Source: Chara braunii
Lineage: Eukaryota > Plantae > Charophyceae
Direction: 5' to 3'
NCBI GenBank assembly: GCA_003427395.1
Contig: BFEA01000006.1
Location: 2,419,337-2,483,336 of the forward strand
DNA length: 64,000 nt
The notes under the pieces are model-generated. The model did not search any database, was not told the DNA's origin, and saw only the letters and a program-made list of their open reading frames with translations. The position numbers and the translations under genes were made by a program. This document shows positions 50,650 through 63,731 of the stretch, in pieces (the stretch's first letter is position 1; every line of letters starts with the position of its first letter).

Positions 50650-53600
50650 AAAGTTTCCTCATCTACTGACCCTCATTCTATGCAGCTCAACCCATCGGCA
50701 TTATTCTTGTCAATAAGTATCTTCTCCAATACGAAATCATATGTCCATATGTAAGTTATCCATCTACTGACCGTAGCATCTACCTACTGGTGCCTTTTTA
50801 TGGGTCCAATCCACGTACCACGTGCCAACCGGATCTACAATAATCGAGAAGAGCAGTTTTTTCCAGTCCAGTGTTATTGCTTCTAAAAGTTCATTCCGTC
50901 TCGCTGTTTGATACCTCAAGTGCCCTAGCATGGATTTCACTTCCTGTAGTGATTTTCAGTCCCCCAAGAGATCATCTCACAGATCTCCAACAGGCAGGAT
51001 ACCTCTTTCCATCCAAGCTCTACCAGAGCTCGTATGGGCAGAATCTTCTTTGAACCAGTCCCCGTCTCGATATCTAATATGAGGGTTCTCAAACAGCGGT
51101 TCTTATAAAACCTTTGCCTTTCTTTCCGACAATTGGTCACGCATCAGGTCTTAATCTTTTCCAAGTTCGAAGTACCGCGGCCCAAAATTGAGACTTAACC
51201 TGTCGACGTTGATACAAAAACAACATTAAACATGTCCAGACATCCAAGGGGTGTTTTAGGTGCCACTTTTTTGCCAATAGGTTCTCTGCTAAGGCAACCC
51301 ATTGTTGATTGTTCTGATTATCCAAGTTGACTCGGATAATCCATCGTACTAGCATGGCATCGTTCTGGCATTTGGGGTCCTGCATCCCCAAGCCTCCTTC
51401 CTCCCTGGTCAGGCAGATCATCTTCCATACCACCTTAGATATAAATCCTTCCCCATCCTCAGCATGCGGCTTCCAAATGAACTTTGCCGCCTTTCTTCGT
51501 TCCTTAGTATACAACATGTCCCCAAAAGCTCGAAAAGTACCTACAAACCATAACAAGGCAAACAACGCCCCATTCGTCACCATCGCTCTATCAAATAAAG
51601 ATAAGTGTGGGGCTTTCCCCCAAGTAGTGGCTCTGTGTGAGACCCGTTGTAGCAAAATGTTCTCCTGGTTACCAGTACAGTCCGTCGAGGCTACCTGGAC
51701 GCCTAGGAATCGTATTGAGTCCCCCTCTTGAATGCGTTTCATACCGCAATCTCTGGCGATTTGAAAGTTGTCTGGCAGAAAATAAATCGATTTGTGCCAG
51801 TTCACAAAGGCTTCCGACAGGGACGCATACTCAGATAAACAATTTTTTAATGCAACCATCGCAGTGACTGTATTCTCATAGATTACAAGCATATCGTCGG
51901 CCAGGGCCTTGACCCTGCAGTCGCGATTACTAACTGAAAGCCCTCAGATTTGTGGGTGTGCTCGTATGTTATTCAACAGACCTTCCATTTCGATCGTAAA
52001 CAGGAGGTGGGCAAGCGGGCAACCGGGCAGCAACCCTGTCTCAAGGACCAGGTGAGCGGGAACTCTTTCGAGACTTTGCCATTGACAAGCACTGAAGCAG
52101 TTGAGTGGGTGTGCAATGCCACTACCCATTTGCAGAGGCATCCCCCAATCCCCATGATCTTGAGTGTAGCAAGAACATACGACCAATTAACTCCGTAGTA
52201 CGCCGTCTCAAGGTCCAGGAGTAGGATTGCTACATTTAGTTGCTCACCTTGAATTGTTTCTAGAGCCTGTACTGCCATAACAATATTGTCGAAAATTGAT
52301 CTACCCTTTATAAAGGCTGCCTGGTCTGAATGCACCACGTCGGGTAGATAACGGGTGAGCTGACTAACTGAGATTTTTGCCAGCAACTTATAGGAGACAT
52401 TCAACACTGATATGGGTCTCCAATTCCATATGTTAGCCCGGTCACCTTTTTTAAAGAGTAGAGAAATATTTCCTTTGCAGATATTGCTTGACAATTGCCC
52501 GCCCTATAGGACTTCATTACAAATTTCAGTAAGGGGTGTCCCGACTTCCTCCCAAATGGCCAGTTAGACTTCAACAGGGAGACCATCATCTCCTGGTGAT
52601 TTCCCTTTGGCCATAGCCTTAAGGGCCTCGTGTGCTTCCGTCATTGTGATCGGCCTGTCCAGATCTAGTCTATCGTTGGACGGTAGCCTTACCGGTGTAT
52701 TGAGCCAGTGATGTTCCTTCTGTTAGATCTGCAATTTGGCCATTGTTATGAGATCGAGAAGTGAGTATATCTTGGTAGTACATGACAACATAGTCACACA
52801 ATTGTATTAGCTCCTTGGCTGTAGGTGCAGTCGGATCGAATGGATGAGTCAGTTCCTTCATCGAAATTGTTGAATTACGTGGTAACAGTCTGTAGAAGGA
52901 TTCTTTGGTCATTCTATCATACACCGTAATGCCCTTGATTTGTAGTCTCTCAGTCCAAACTTCTAATTCGTTTTGCTGATAGTTATCTCATTCCAACATC
53001 AACTTGGCCCGTTCCTTTCCCCATACTTGGTTCGACACCGGATGTTCCATCATCCTGGCTTCCGCATACTTGATTTTTCTAATGATATAGGCTTTCTCTT
53101 TCTTCCTATCTGCCGCCAGAATTGGTAAATACACATCCAGCAGATCCGAGAAGATCTTGGACCTTGAGTTCCACCATTCCTCCATGGAGGTGAATGATGG
53201 TTGAGCATCTGGCCACTCCCTCCAGAATTTCCTCATCCATTCTACCAAGCCGGGGTCCATAAGATTCCGTGTATTAAAACGAAAGATTCCTTTGCTACGG
53301 GTACAATCATTGAGGTGAAACGATATCTGTACCGGTTTATGATCCGAGAGAGGTTGGAATTCCTCATAGACCAAAGCCACTTTATCCCATAATTGGGCAG
53401 AGGTCAGGAAGAAGTCCAGTCGGTGTTTTATGGTTTTGATACCCTATCTATGGTTAGATAACCAAGTATAACCACAGTCATCAGGATGCGATAATCGGAA
53501 AGGATCAATCAGTTCCAATTCCTCCATGAGGGACAACAATGCAACTGTGCCCTCGGGCCAAATCTGGGGGGTAGGGGATGGAAGGACATCCAGGGGCGCA

Positions 53601-56300
53601 TTCCAATCCCCGGCTACTACAGTGTGTTCTACCTCTGGAATAATATAGAGAAGTTCATTAAAAAATGTCGACCTTTCCCGTCTATCTGTAGGAGCATTAA
53701 TATTAACAACCAACCATTCCATGTTACCCACCATCAATTTGACCCACGCCCATCTGCCCCATAGATCGGCATAAAAATCTACGAGTTCAAAGTCTAGCCC
53801 ACAATTGATTAGAATCCCGTGAGCCATGAGCACGTGACCAAATTTGTGATTCATTCCACCAATTGCCAAGTGCAACCACTTTTTCTTCGTTAAGCTTAGT
53901 TTCCTGACGACATACAATACGAATATTGTCGTCGTGTAACCGCGACTTCAGTTGGTCTTTCTTATGTATTCCTGACGTATCGCCTAGTCCTCGTAGATTC
54001 CATGTGGATATCCTTAACTTACTCATCTAGTAGGATGGGCCCCCCCATTAGATTGGACTCAAGGACTAGACTGTGGTGTCCCCAAGGGTGACGTGGCAGG
54101 TCGAACCTGGCTTTTTAACCATGAACGAGAAAGAGCGATAAGAATAAAGGCAGAATTTAGCTTCTTCTCTTTAGGCAATTCCCTGTCCCGGGTCGGTCAT
54201 GAATTCTGCCGAAATAAGGGGCGGCGCCCTGATTCGGCAGAACTCATTTCTCCTCCCTTTGTGAAACCAAGCAAGTGGCAGAAGGCGAAGCCCCTCCTGT
54301 TCCAACCTCTCCACTTGTTCAGGAACAAAACGGACATCGACAATCAGGACAAAAAAACTCTTCTTCCCCCCCCCGCATTCAAGACTATCCACAATAAGGT
54401 GAGGCATGATTAGGTCAGGGATAAGACGAAATGCAAATTGGTCCTGAATTGCAGTTCGGATCAGTGACGCTACCACATAGGGCATAAGTGACTCCGGAGA
54501 GGAAATATTTATGAGGAATGGAGCACCTTCCACATTCATCCAAGAGATGACCCATGACGCGTTTCCTGTAATCGTGCAGAATACAAGGAGTATTTTTCTT
54601 TCTAAGTTCCGAATCTGGACTCTAGCAAGAGAAACTGGGACTCTCTTCCGTGTTGTCTTGTGCCTGGGGGTACCTACCTCCACCTGCTGATCCTGCAATC
54701 CTTCTGATCGAGGAATTGATGCCTCGGATCGCAGTGATCTGGCGCGTCGGCAACCCGTCATTTGCATCAAAACTTAATCTTTGTTGCTTACATGTTGAAC
54801 TTCCTCTTAAGCGTGATGGTCCTGCTGGTGTTGACGTGGATGCTTCCTTGTGCCCCCTAGTAGGGGGGGGTGAGTGTCCGCGTTTGTTCCCGAAGTATCT
54901 TCCAGAATTATAGTAGCCCTCCCTCCATTCACGACACCTGTGCCTGCAGTCCTCCCATGTGTGACTGGGTCAGCACCGGCTTGATTCTCGGGAGCTAAGC
55001 CCCCGGAACCTCCATGCTGCCTTATCAGCTCCTCAAAATAGGCCATGAACCCTGGGGGTAGTGCGGTGGCTCAAGGCGGCATGCCGCCTTGTTGTCCATA
55101 ATGATCGCATGTGTTCCGCGCCATTTGTTGAGGGGGGGGGCACACCCAGTTGCCCTGTGGATAGCCCGTCGGATAAGCACCCTGGATGTTGCCAGGAAAC
55201 TCACCTTGTCCCGAACAGAACACAAGGTTCTCGTAAGGCCGAAATCCTGGCTGCCCCTCCCCCCCCCCCCCCCCCCCGATTAGGTGTAGGGTGGTCTCAA
55301 AGATGCTTCTTGGCCGCCTCCACTATGTTGAGGAACTTGATGGCCGAAATGCTGCCCTTGACTTCCGGATCTTCCATTTCTTCTACACTCTGCTTCCGTA
55401 TGGAAGAAAGCTCGGCATCTTCTGCACTTTAGCATTTGAGACGACGCTAGCTTGACCTCAAGAGAATCGCCTTCCGATGTATCTACCCAGATCATGTCTC
55501 TCATATTGGAGCGGCTATCCGGATCAATATCAAATTTGATATTGACCAACGAGGGCTTCATTCTGTCCGGTTCCGTAGGGTGTCTACAGATAACGGGATT
55601 AATAGCTTTTCTGATACGAGCCTCCAGGAATAGAATTGCTCCCAATGGGACTTGAACCGCAATTACCCAGAAGGTCGACTCATCTTTTTTTCTTTGTTGC
55701 TCTCTAAGTTGTGCCGTTGTCAGCCATGGTTTGAATTCGAGACGATGGCTCGCATTCCAAGTGTAAGATGATCTTCTCCTTTAGATAGCATCCACCTGAT
55801 GATGGACCGGCTTTTCGCAACATAGGAGACTACATTTGGGCTCTCCACCTTCACCCTACCTCTCCCGAACTCCGTTGAGTCGAACGTCCCATCCTGCACC
55901 CTTTCGTCCTCGTACGCCCGTACAATATCATCTTTTACTCTCCTTGTCAAAAAGCGACCTCCGTCACGAAAAATTATCATAAGCGTATGCTCCTTGAGGC
56001 AGGCAACTTTTTCCTGGTCAATAGCCACATTTACTTCAAATCTGACTTCCCACAGGGCAATCTGCAGCTCCCCTGGATAAATGTCCGAGGGGATATCTCC
56101 TTCCTCATAGCACATCCGAATCATCTCCCTTAACCGCCCTCGATCCTCTCCTATCAGATTTGGGTCCGGAGTCGGCGAACGAGCCCCTCTCTCCTCGTCC
56201 GCCATCTCCTCCGCTTGTCAAACGTCCCGTGAATTTACTCGAGATCTTGCTCCTACTGGCCAGGACAAACTATTAGCTGGTCCTCCCTATACTTCTGAGG
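50650..56300 (-). mobile_element. APE-type LINE (L1/Tx1-like), decayed, with ORF1 and ORF2; 3' part truncated or in the gap
   Basis: ORF1 from 56205 with CRRCRAFFHTEAEC knuckle. ORF2 from 54026: TWNLRGL, QETK, INAP, GDWN, SDHKPV, KSPGDDG, NWRPISVLN, LRQGC, LADD, REEGGLG. Confidence 0.92.
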
Positions 56301-58102
56301 TAGGTAACAAACAAATAGCCTGCTTCTAACCAATAGAACTGGAGACTGTAGGCGGTTACCGGCTCCACACGATGGCTACCGCGACGACTAACACCTCACC
56401 ACCATCGTCAGCCTTCCGACATGGCGGAAGCAGCAGAGGAGCCATCTCTACCGTGCAACTATCCCGCTGGCAGCGCCTCGGTCGTGGAGTTCCTTCGTTG
56501 CCGTACGGCGGCGCTTGGTCCAAGCGCTGCGTTAGCGCTAGCGGAAGCGCCCCGGTCCGCCTTCGCCCATGCGACAGTATCTACTTCTGTACCTCATGCC
56601 AGCAGATGGCACGTAAAGGAAAACAAAACAAAAGAATAACTAAATCAAGATCAATGATATCTCATGGGAAAAAAACAGACAACAGGAAAAGAAGAGATTC
56701 CTGGCTGCTTATCATTTTGGCTGCATCAGACCAGAAATACAGCTTGTCTACGTTCAGCAACAAACTACTTCAAAAGAGATGTGGGGGAAGGCCCTCATTG
56801 AGGGCATAGTCATACTACCATGTTTCCCCGATACACACATACACGTATTCAAGTTTGTTTTTTTTTTTTAATCAATGATTCGAATAGAAAGCATACGCGC
56901 TGTGTTCAAACACGAGGGCTGTTCGAATAGAACACATGCGCGCTGTATTCGAGTGGAAAGCAACCTATGCATTATACTCGCTTACAACGCGTACGCATTA
57001 TGTTCTGGGGAAGACGGTAGTGCTTTCCAGGATGTAACTTACTTCTATCGCAGCCAAATCTTTGTTTTATTTTTCTTCTTATGTTTCTTTCGTCCTATTC
57101 CACAGTTTCCGGAAGGCCCGCACTCAGGTCAGACTCACAATAGCACTTTCCAGAATGTATCTCACCGCTATGGAGACCAAATCCGTCACTGTTTTCTTTA
57201 TTTTTTTTTATGAGACAGGTGTCGGAGGGTGTGCTGAGTAAGTAGAGTAGCCCAGCTCCGTTTCTCGTGTTTATTTCTTTTTTTTCGGATTTAGATTTCA
57301 GTACACTTTTTTGGGCCCACCAGCATTTCCTCTTGGAACCTAAGCCTTGCCTAATTGCTGTAGATTTTGCTACGGTATTCCTTCCTGAGAAAAATCTACA
57401 GTGACAGGCCATTTCAACTGGTGGTTTAAGCATATAAGATTTTGATAGAGAAAAGTAATTTAATTCGAGGACAGGAGGGAAGAAAGTGTGGGTTTCTGCC
57501 TTTCAAAAATCCACAGAACTCCACTGTTTATCTTGAAATTAGGATCTAGTCATGATATGGCACTTCAAGCTCCATCATCACTTCGCATTTTTTTTTTTTA
57601 ACCTACCATAATCGGTTGTACTGGCATCGAATCACAAAAGGTCACATAATTTGCTGCCAGAATCAATCGTTATAACCTTGGCTACGAAAGTCGCCCGGAA
57701 CAGCCCGCCCGGCCGGGCATCCTGGGCCCGGGCGGTCCGCCCGGAGTCACCCAGGTCGCCCGGGCGACTGATTTTCAGAGTTTTTTTTTTTTTTGGTGTG
57801 TCACATGGCGACGGAAGGAAGAAAGGAGGAGGAAGAGGAGGAGGAGGAGGAGGAGTAGGAGGAGGATGGGGAGGTGGAGGAGGATGACGAAGAAAGGAGT
57901 TCATTCATCGCATCACAAACTCCTTTCTCCTTCCTCCTCCTTCCAGCTCCTCCTCCTACTCGCCCTCCTCGTCCTTTCTCCGTCAGGTCGCCACGTCACA
58001 CACCATCACCCATGAGGAAGAAAGCATGCGAACGAAGGAGGAGGAGAAAGAAACGAGGACGCGGAGGAGCAAAAAGGAAGAGGAGGAGGAGGGGAAGGGA
58101 AG

Positions 58103-58139
58103 CTGTCTCTTATACACATCTAGATGTGTATAAGAGACA
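58103..58139. other. Nextera mate-pair junction adapter (back-to-back Tn5 mosaic ends), assembly contaminant
   Basis: CTGTCTCTTATACACATCT followed directly by AGATGTGTATAAGAGACA. Confidence 0.98.
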
Positions 58140-59018
58140 AATAGAGGGGGTCCGCATCGCTGGGGAGGAAGTAACAGACATGATAAAACAGTTCATCCAA
58201 CAAGAACTCAGGGTGCAGTGGCAAAAAGTCAAAAACCAGCTTGTTCTATTTCAGACACCCAAAGACATAAAACAAGCAATTCAGCGATTTTCGGGGGACT
58301 GGTTGGGCAGTGAGAAAGGGGGCTGGATCGCCTTCGTCCGATGGGACGGTGCACCCACTCAGGAAGGCAACCAAGACGAGTTCAGGCGAGACTATCTTAT
58401 CTGTTTCAAAGACTGGACTACGGTGGGACAGGAGATCCCGCTCCGACCCATTCCCGCCCCACCAGCTGGCAATGGTCTACATGCAATGGTATGGTGCAGG
58501 GTGACCGAGGCCCCGGACAACAACATAAGGAAGGCATTGGCGGAAGTAGCCGCTAGGGAAACAGGGACTTCTGGCGGTCTGAGGCAGACTGAAGAGGCGG
58601 TGGTCTGATGCCAATTGAATAAGCAATGGTACGAAGAACTGTCAAATTGATGAACATACGGAGCGCCTCGGTCCAAACCATCCACAGAGTTGGCAGATAC
58701 AGTCAGAAGATAGGGGGAGAGGGGAACTGGTGTGCAGCAGCAGGCATTTGGCGCCGGAATCCCCTGGACTCCACGGACTCCTAAGAAACAAGGAGGAACT
58801 AGGTGATCTAGCAGTGGATATCTGGCATCTAGTTTTGGATGAAGAGGTCTCCTCCCTGTTCCCAAACAAACCTGCACAGTTAATCCTCTGGAAGCCAGAG
58901 TAATCAATGCTGGCAGGCTTCTCATTCTATCTGTTCATGCTCATCAATTTTGTATATGGGACTCTGGACCCGTTTTCCAGCAGGTGAAGCTCCCCACCAA
59001 TAGATGGAGCCTCTCCCC
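58140..59018 (+). repeat. Copy of the LINE 3' end; 58140-58728 appears identical to 49527-50115, likely misplaced sequence
   Basis: Identical ORF translations in all listed frames; starts exactly at the adapter. Confidence 0.9.
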
Positions 59019-59045
59019 NNNNNNNNNNNNNNNNNNNNNNNNNNN

Positions 59046-59120
<75 letters not shown>
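59046..59120. repeat. (GA)n microsatellite at a contig edge
   Basis: Read directly from the sequence. Confidence 0.95.
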
Positions 59121-59122
<2 letters not shown>

Positions 59123-60081
59123 GCAGGTCTCTGAGAATTACCAGTGAAGAGGGGTATGCGCGCTGCTTTTGTCTGCCTTACAACTGCCAGCGCAACTGGA
59201 TTTGAAAAGTCGATGGCATACCTTCATGTTTTTGTTTTCTTTTTTTTCAAATGAAGGCATGGCATACCTTCATATATATATCCTCAAACAGAGTATATAT
59301 ATCGTCAAACAGAGTATATATATATACACACATATTGTGCTTAGACTTGCTGGCATACCTCCACCTGTTGACATATATAGAATCCTTGTCCTTCTTCTTT
59401 TTTGCATCATGCTATTGAGAGTTTGATAATGCTGTGGTTACTTTTCTGCTTTATATGTTACAGTCTTGATCGCCAGCAGGGCATGGACAAGAGTGGGGAA
59501 GGGAAGAGAGAGTGAAGGACAGAAACGGGAGAGAGGACAGGACAGAGGCATGACAGAATGCAATGGCCTATATCCGCCATGAAAAATCCCAACCAATCTC
59601 TGCCGGATTGTCGCGGCAATCGTGCTGTCTTTCACCCAAATAAACGGAAATTCTCCCTAGACGCAACTATCACGATCGTGAGCTCCATCCGGCTGAAGAC
59701 CAGTTGAGGTCTCATCAGATTAGCTCTGATCATAGCTTCATGTTTGCAGCTGAGCAGATGGGTGATTAACAACTCTTCTCCTACCTCACCAGAGTCTAGC
59801 ACAGAACGCCGTACTGTCCTTTCCCTTCGCCTTTCCTAAGAATATTCATGACCCCTGTATGCCTGTATGCCTAGCTGGCTAGCCATCTGCATCCATTGCT
59901 GTTGTGCTTGATAGACTATCTGCCAGTCTGTTTTGGCCTGCCTGGGGATATCTGTCTCTCCATTGTCTGTGTGCACTCAGCGTGCATTCAATAGGATCCC
60001 CCACTTGTCACTCCTCTCTCAGAGACCTAGGAAAAAAAACGAGACAGGGACAACATTCTCTCTCTCTCTCTCACATTCACA

Positions 60082-60084
<3 letters not shown>

Positions 60085-60150
<66 letters not shown>

Positions 60151-61060
60151 NNNNNNNNNNNNNNNNNNNNNNNNNNNNNNNNNNNNNNNNNNNNNNNNNN
60201 NNNNNNNNNNNNNNNNNNNNNNNNNNNNNNNNNNNNNNNNNNNNNNNNNNNNNNNNNNNNNNNNNNNNNNNNNNNNNNNNNNNNNNNNNNNNNNNNNNNN
60301 NNNNNNNNNNNNNNNNNNNNNNNNNNNNNNNNNNNNNNNNNNNNNNNNNNNNNNNNNNNNNNNNNNNNNNNNNNNNNNNNNNNNNNNNNNNNNNNNNNNN
60401 NNNNNNNNNNNNNNNNNNNNNNNNNNNNNNNNNNNNNNNNNNNNNNNNNNNNNNNNNNNNNNNNNNNNNNNNNNNNNNNNNNNNNNNNNNNNNNNNNNNN
60501 NNNNNNNNNNNNNNNNNNNNNNNNNNNNNNNNNNNNNNNNNNNNNNNNNNNNNNNNNNNNNNNNNNNNNNNNNNNNNNNNNNNNNNNNNNNNNNNNNNNN
60601 NNNNNNNNNNNNNNNNNNNNNNNNNNNNNNNNNNNNNNNNNNNNNNNNNNNNNNNNNNNNNNNNNNNNNNNNNNNNNNNNNNNNNNNNNNNNNNNNNNNN
60701 NNNNNNNNNNNNNNNNNNNNNNNNNNNNNNNNNNNNNNNNNNNNNNNNNNNNNNNNNNNNNNNNNNNNNNNNNNNNNNNNNNNNNNNNNNNNNNNNNNNN
60801 NNNNNNNNNNNNNNNNNNNNNNNNNNNNNNNNNNNNNNNNNNNNNNNNNNNNNNNNNNNNNNNNNNNNNNNNNNNNNNNNNNNNNNNNNNNNNNNNNNNN
60901 NNNNNNNNNNNNNNNNNNNNNNNNNNNNNNNNNNNNNNNNNNNNNNNNNNNNNNNNNNNNNNNNNNNNNNNNNNNNNNNNNNNNNNNNNNNNNNNNNNNN
61001 NNNNNNNNNNNNNNNNNNNNNNNNNNNNNNNNNNNNNNNNNNNNNNNNNNNNNNNNNNNN

Positions 61061-61098
<38 letters not shown>
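60085..61098. repeat. (TG)n and (CA)n microsatellites flanking gap 60151-61060
   Basis: Read directly from the sequence. Confidence 0.9.
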
Positions 61099-61120
<22 letters not shown>

Positions 61121-61277
61121 CCAACAAAAAAATGGTCCTCCAACCCACATGGAACTTAGCCCAGAACCACCCCTTCTTGATGATTAAACTAACAAGCCTA
61201 AATAGTAAACCAGGCCCAAAAGGGCCGTCTCAAAGTTTCAAACTTCCTGACAGAGGCAACTGCAGGCAGTGCAGGGT

Positions 61278-63731
61278 TCATGATGTGGGCGGGCAAGGAG
61301 GAGGTGAAACCAAGACAGTGTTCCCAGCACTGGGAGTGAGTGGTGGAGGAGGCCTGATTGCGGGTGGGAGCAGAGGTGGTGGCCCTACTCCGCTTTGAGG
61401 AGGAGACACTCCATGTTGTGGAGGTGGCGGTCCTTGTGATGATGGAAGTGGCTGTGGTGGCAACGGAGGACGTGGAGGCATAGCAGAGTGGGACGGTGGA
61501 GGGGTGGTGATTACACCTTGAGACAAGGGTGGTGCCATTCCGCCCTGTGATGAAGGTGGTGGCATTCCACCTTGGGATGAGGATGGTGGCATTCCGCCTT
61601 GTGATGAGGGTGGTGGGGGTGGCATTCCTCCTTGTGGGGATGGTGAGGGGGGTGGCATCCCTGCTTGGGATGATGGAGGTGGAAGGACTGCACCTTGGGA
61701 TGAGGGACGCAGAGGTGGTGCCAATCCAGGTTGTGATGACAGAGGGGAAGAGCCACTCTGTGATGACGATGGTGGTGGTGGTGGCCTCCCGCCTTGGGGC
61801 AGCATAGATCGTGGTGGCATTCCACTCTGTAGGGGGGGAGGAGGCCGCATTGCACCTTGTGGAGGAGGTGGCATTCCGCCTTGTGGAGGAGGTGGCATCC
61901 CGCCTTGTGAAGGAGGTCCCATTCCACCTTGTGGAGGTGGCATTCCACCCTGTGGTGGAGGGGGTGGCATTCCTCGGTTTGGGGGGGGTGGCATTCCTGG
62001 AGGCCTTCCGATCTGCGGAGGTGGCGGCATTCCGCTTTGTGGACGGGGTGGAAGTCCACCCGGCAATGGTGGCATTCCACCTTGGGGAGGTGGCTGCATC
62101 CCACCAGGTGGTGGTGGTGCCATACCACTTGGACGAGGAGGGGCAGACATTCCACCCTGCTGTGGTGGCATTCCAGGTGGCTGTTGTGGTGGGGTTGCTG
62201 CAGGTGTAAGTGGCATTCCTCCTGGCTGTGGTGGTGACGGCATTCCCAAAGGCTGAGGTCGTGGTGGCATAGCTGAAGACTGTGCAGGAGGGCCCATGGA
62301 CGATGGTAGTGGTGGCATCCCAGTCTGTGGCGGTGGTGGCCTTCCTGATTGTGGGGGAGGTGGCATTGTTGACCTCGGAGGAGGGGGCATTCCAACCGGT
62401 GGTGGAGCACGCATCCCATTCGGCATGGGAGGGCCTTGGGAATGGGGAGGTCGCATGGGGAAAGGAGGAGGGAGCCCCCTTGCATGCAGTAGTGGTGGTG
62501 GGCCTCGTGAGCCCATCTGCTGAAGAGGAACTGGTGGCCGTTGAGGTGGGACAAATCCCTGGGGAGGCAATGGCATGCCCATCATTTGTCGAGGATGCCC
62601 TGGCCCATCAACCACCGGTGGAGGGGGTGGCCTAGGCCCATTCATTGAGGGTGAAAGACCAGGTGGAGGTCCTCCATTCACAGGTGGATGATGAGGACCT
62701 GCAGTGAAGGGTGGTGGTGGGCCATTCCCAGAAACAGGAATCGGTGGCATCCCGTGTGGTGGGGGGGGCATGCCGTTGGGTAGGGGAGGTCGAAGTGGGA
62801 ATGGTGGTGGTCCCAATCCTGGAGGAGGGCCCATGGATCCAGGAGGACCACCCATGTTTGGTGGGGGAGGGAGATTTCCAGGCAGAGGGGGTAGACCAGA
62901 CGGCAGTGGAGGAGGGCCTTGCACCATCGGAGGACGAGGGTGGGGAGCCCCCGGCAGTGGTGCCGGCCCTGGACCCATTCCGCCAGGAGGTCCTCTTTGC
63001 AAAGGTGGTTCCACAGGGGGTGGTCCAATGTCCATTCCATCTGGCCCATCCGTCTGTCCAGGTGCACGACCACCTGCAGGCTTCTCCTGCAACTTGGGCT
63101 TGAAATACAGCTGAAGAGTGAATACCTTTGAATCTGGATCCCAGTGTGTAAAGAAACGACTTGCTGCCTTGTCGATCTCTGTGCTTGGGATCTTGAAAGC
63201 AATGATCTCATACGGCTCTGCTGCAAAAAGAAGGTACTGGAATCGCTTATCCCACGCTTCAATCCTTTGCTCATACGAAGACATGAACCTGTGCCTTGGC
63301 TTGGTTCCATCTTCAATCTCAGGGTACTCTATCTGAAACAAGAGTGACCGTTGATGCACCTCTGCATCGTACTGTTTTGTAACACGGTATCCAGGCCGGC
63401 CAATCTTTGTCGTCTTCCGGGGGACAATCTTGCGTTTGTTCGGCTGTGGCTGCACAGGGGCTTCCTTTGCCTCTCGAGCTGCTCGCTTGGCTAGATTTGT
63501 TTGGTGACGTTTTCCTTGTGTGTGTGCAAGGTAATTGCCCTCATTGTTGTGCAGAGTCAAGCACAGTTTGCATTCATAGCTTCCAAGATGGTTCCGCATA
63601 AAATAGGGATCTTTTGCAAGATCAATCGTCTCCAGAGCCAGTCGCCTTAGCCTCTCACGCCTGTCAACAGCCTCATTCTGAGCAGAGGCTGCACCTCCAC
63701 TCCCAGGCTTGCTTCCCCAATCCCGATCCAT
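61278..63731 (-). CDS. SF3A2: Splicing factor 3A subunit 2 (SF3a66/SAP62/Prp11), 817 aa, single coding exon
   Basis: MDRDWGSKPGSGG...RRERLRRLALETIDLAKDPYFMRNHLGSYECKLCLTLHNNEGNYLAHTQGKRHQTNL (U1C/matrin-type zinc finger), KIGRPGYRVTKQ, PRHRFMSSYEQ, QYLLFAAEPYE, then a Pro-rich tail. ATG is at 63731; the ORF-track start at 63752 is a non-ATG codon. Confidence 0.96.
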   Translation of the reverse strand: MDRDWGSKPGSGGAASAQNEAVDRRERLRRLALETIDLAKDPYFMRNHLGSYECKLCLTLHNNEGNYLAHTQGKRHQTNLAKRAAREAKEAPVQPQPNKRKIVPRKTTKIGRPGYRVTKQYDAEVHQRSLLFQIEYPEIEDGTKPRHRFMSSYEQRIEAWDKRFQYLLFAAEPYEIIAFKIPSTEIDKAASRFFTHWDPDSKVFTLQLYFKPKLQEKPAGGRAPGQTDGPDGMDIGPPPVEPPLQRGPPGGMGPGPAPLPGAPHPRPPMVQGPPPLPSGLPPLPGNLPPPPNMGGPPGSMGPPPGLGPPPFPLRPPLPNGMPPPPHGMPPIPVSGNGPPPPFTAGPHHPPVNGGPPPGLSPSMNGPRPPPPPVVDGPGHPRQMMGMPLPPQGFVPPQRPPVPLQQMGSRGPPPLLHARGLPPPFPMRPPHSQGPPMPNGMRAPPPVGMPPPPRSTMPPPPQSGRPPPPQTGMPPLPSSMGPPAQSSAMPPRPQPLGMPSPPQPGGMPLTPAATPPQQPPGMPPQQGGMSAPPRPSGMAPPPPGGMQPPPQGGMPPLPGGLPPRPQSGMPPPPQIGRPPGMPPPPNRGMPPPPPQGGMPPPQGGMGPPSQGGMPPPPQGGMPPPPQGAMRPPPPLQSGMPPRSMLPQGGRPPPPPSSSQSGSSPLSSQPGLAPPLRPSSQGAVLPPPSSQAGMPPPSPSPQGGMPPPPPSSQGGMPPSSSQGGMPPPSSQGGMAPPLSQGVITTPPPSHSAMPPRPPLPPQPLPSSQGPPPPQHGVSPPQSGVGPPPLLPPAIRPPPPLTPSAGNTVLVSPPPCPPTS

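Noticed and set aside
57220-57236. TGTCGGAGGGTGTG resembling the Gypsy repeat terminus
   Set aside because: Similarity stops after about 16 nt and is compatible with chance.
57874-58608. 244-aa ORF
   Set aside because: Chimera of low-complexity DNA, adapter and LINE 3' end.
31474-61398. Long ORFs rich in X, CV, HT or RE
   Set aside because: They run through N gaps and microsatellites.
61511-63316. His-rich and Gly/Val-rich ORFs overlapping SF3A2
   Set aside because: Alternate-frame and antisense shadows of the Pro-rich CDS.
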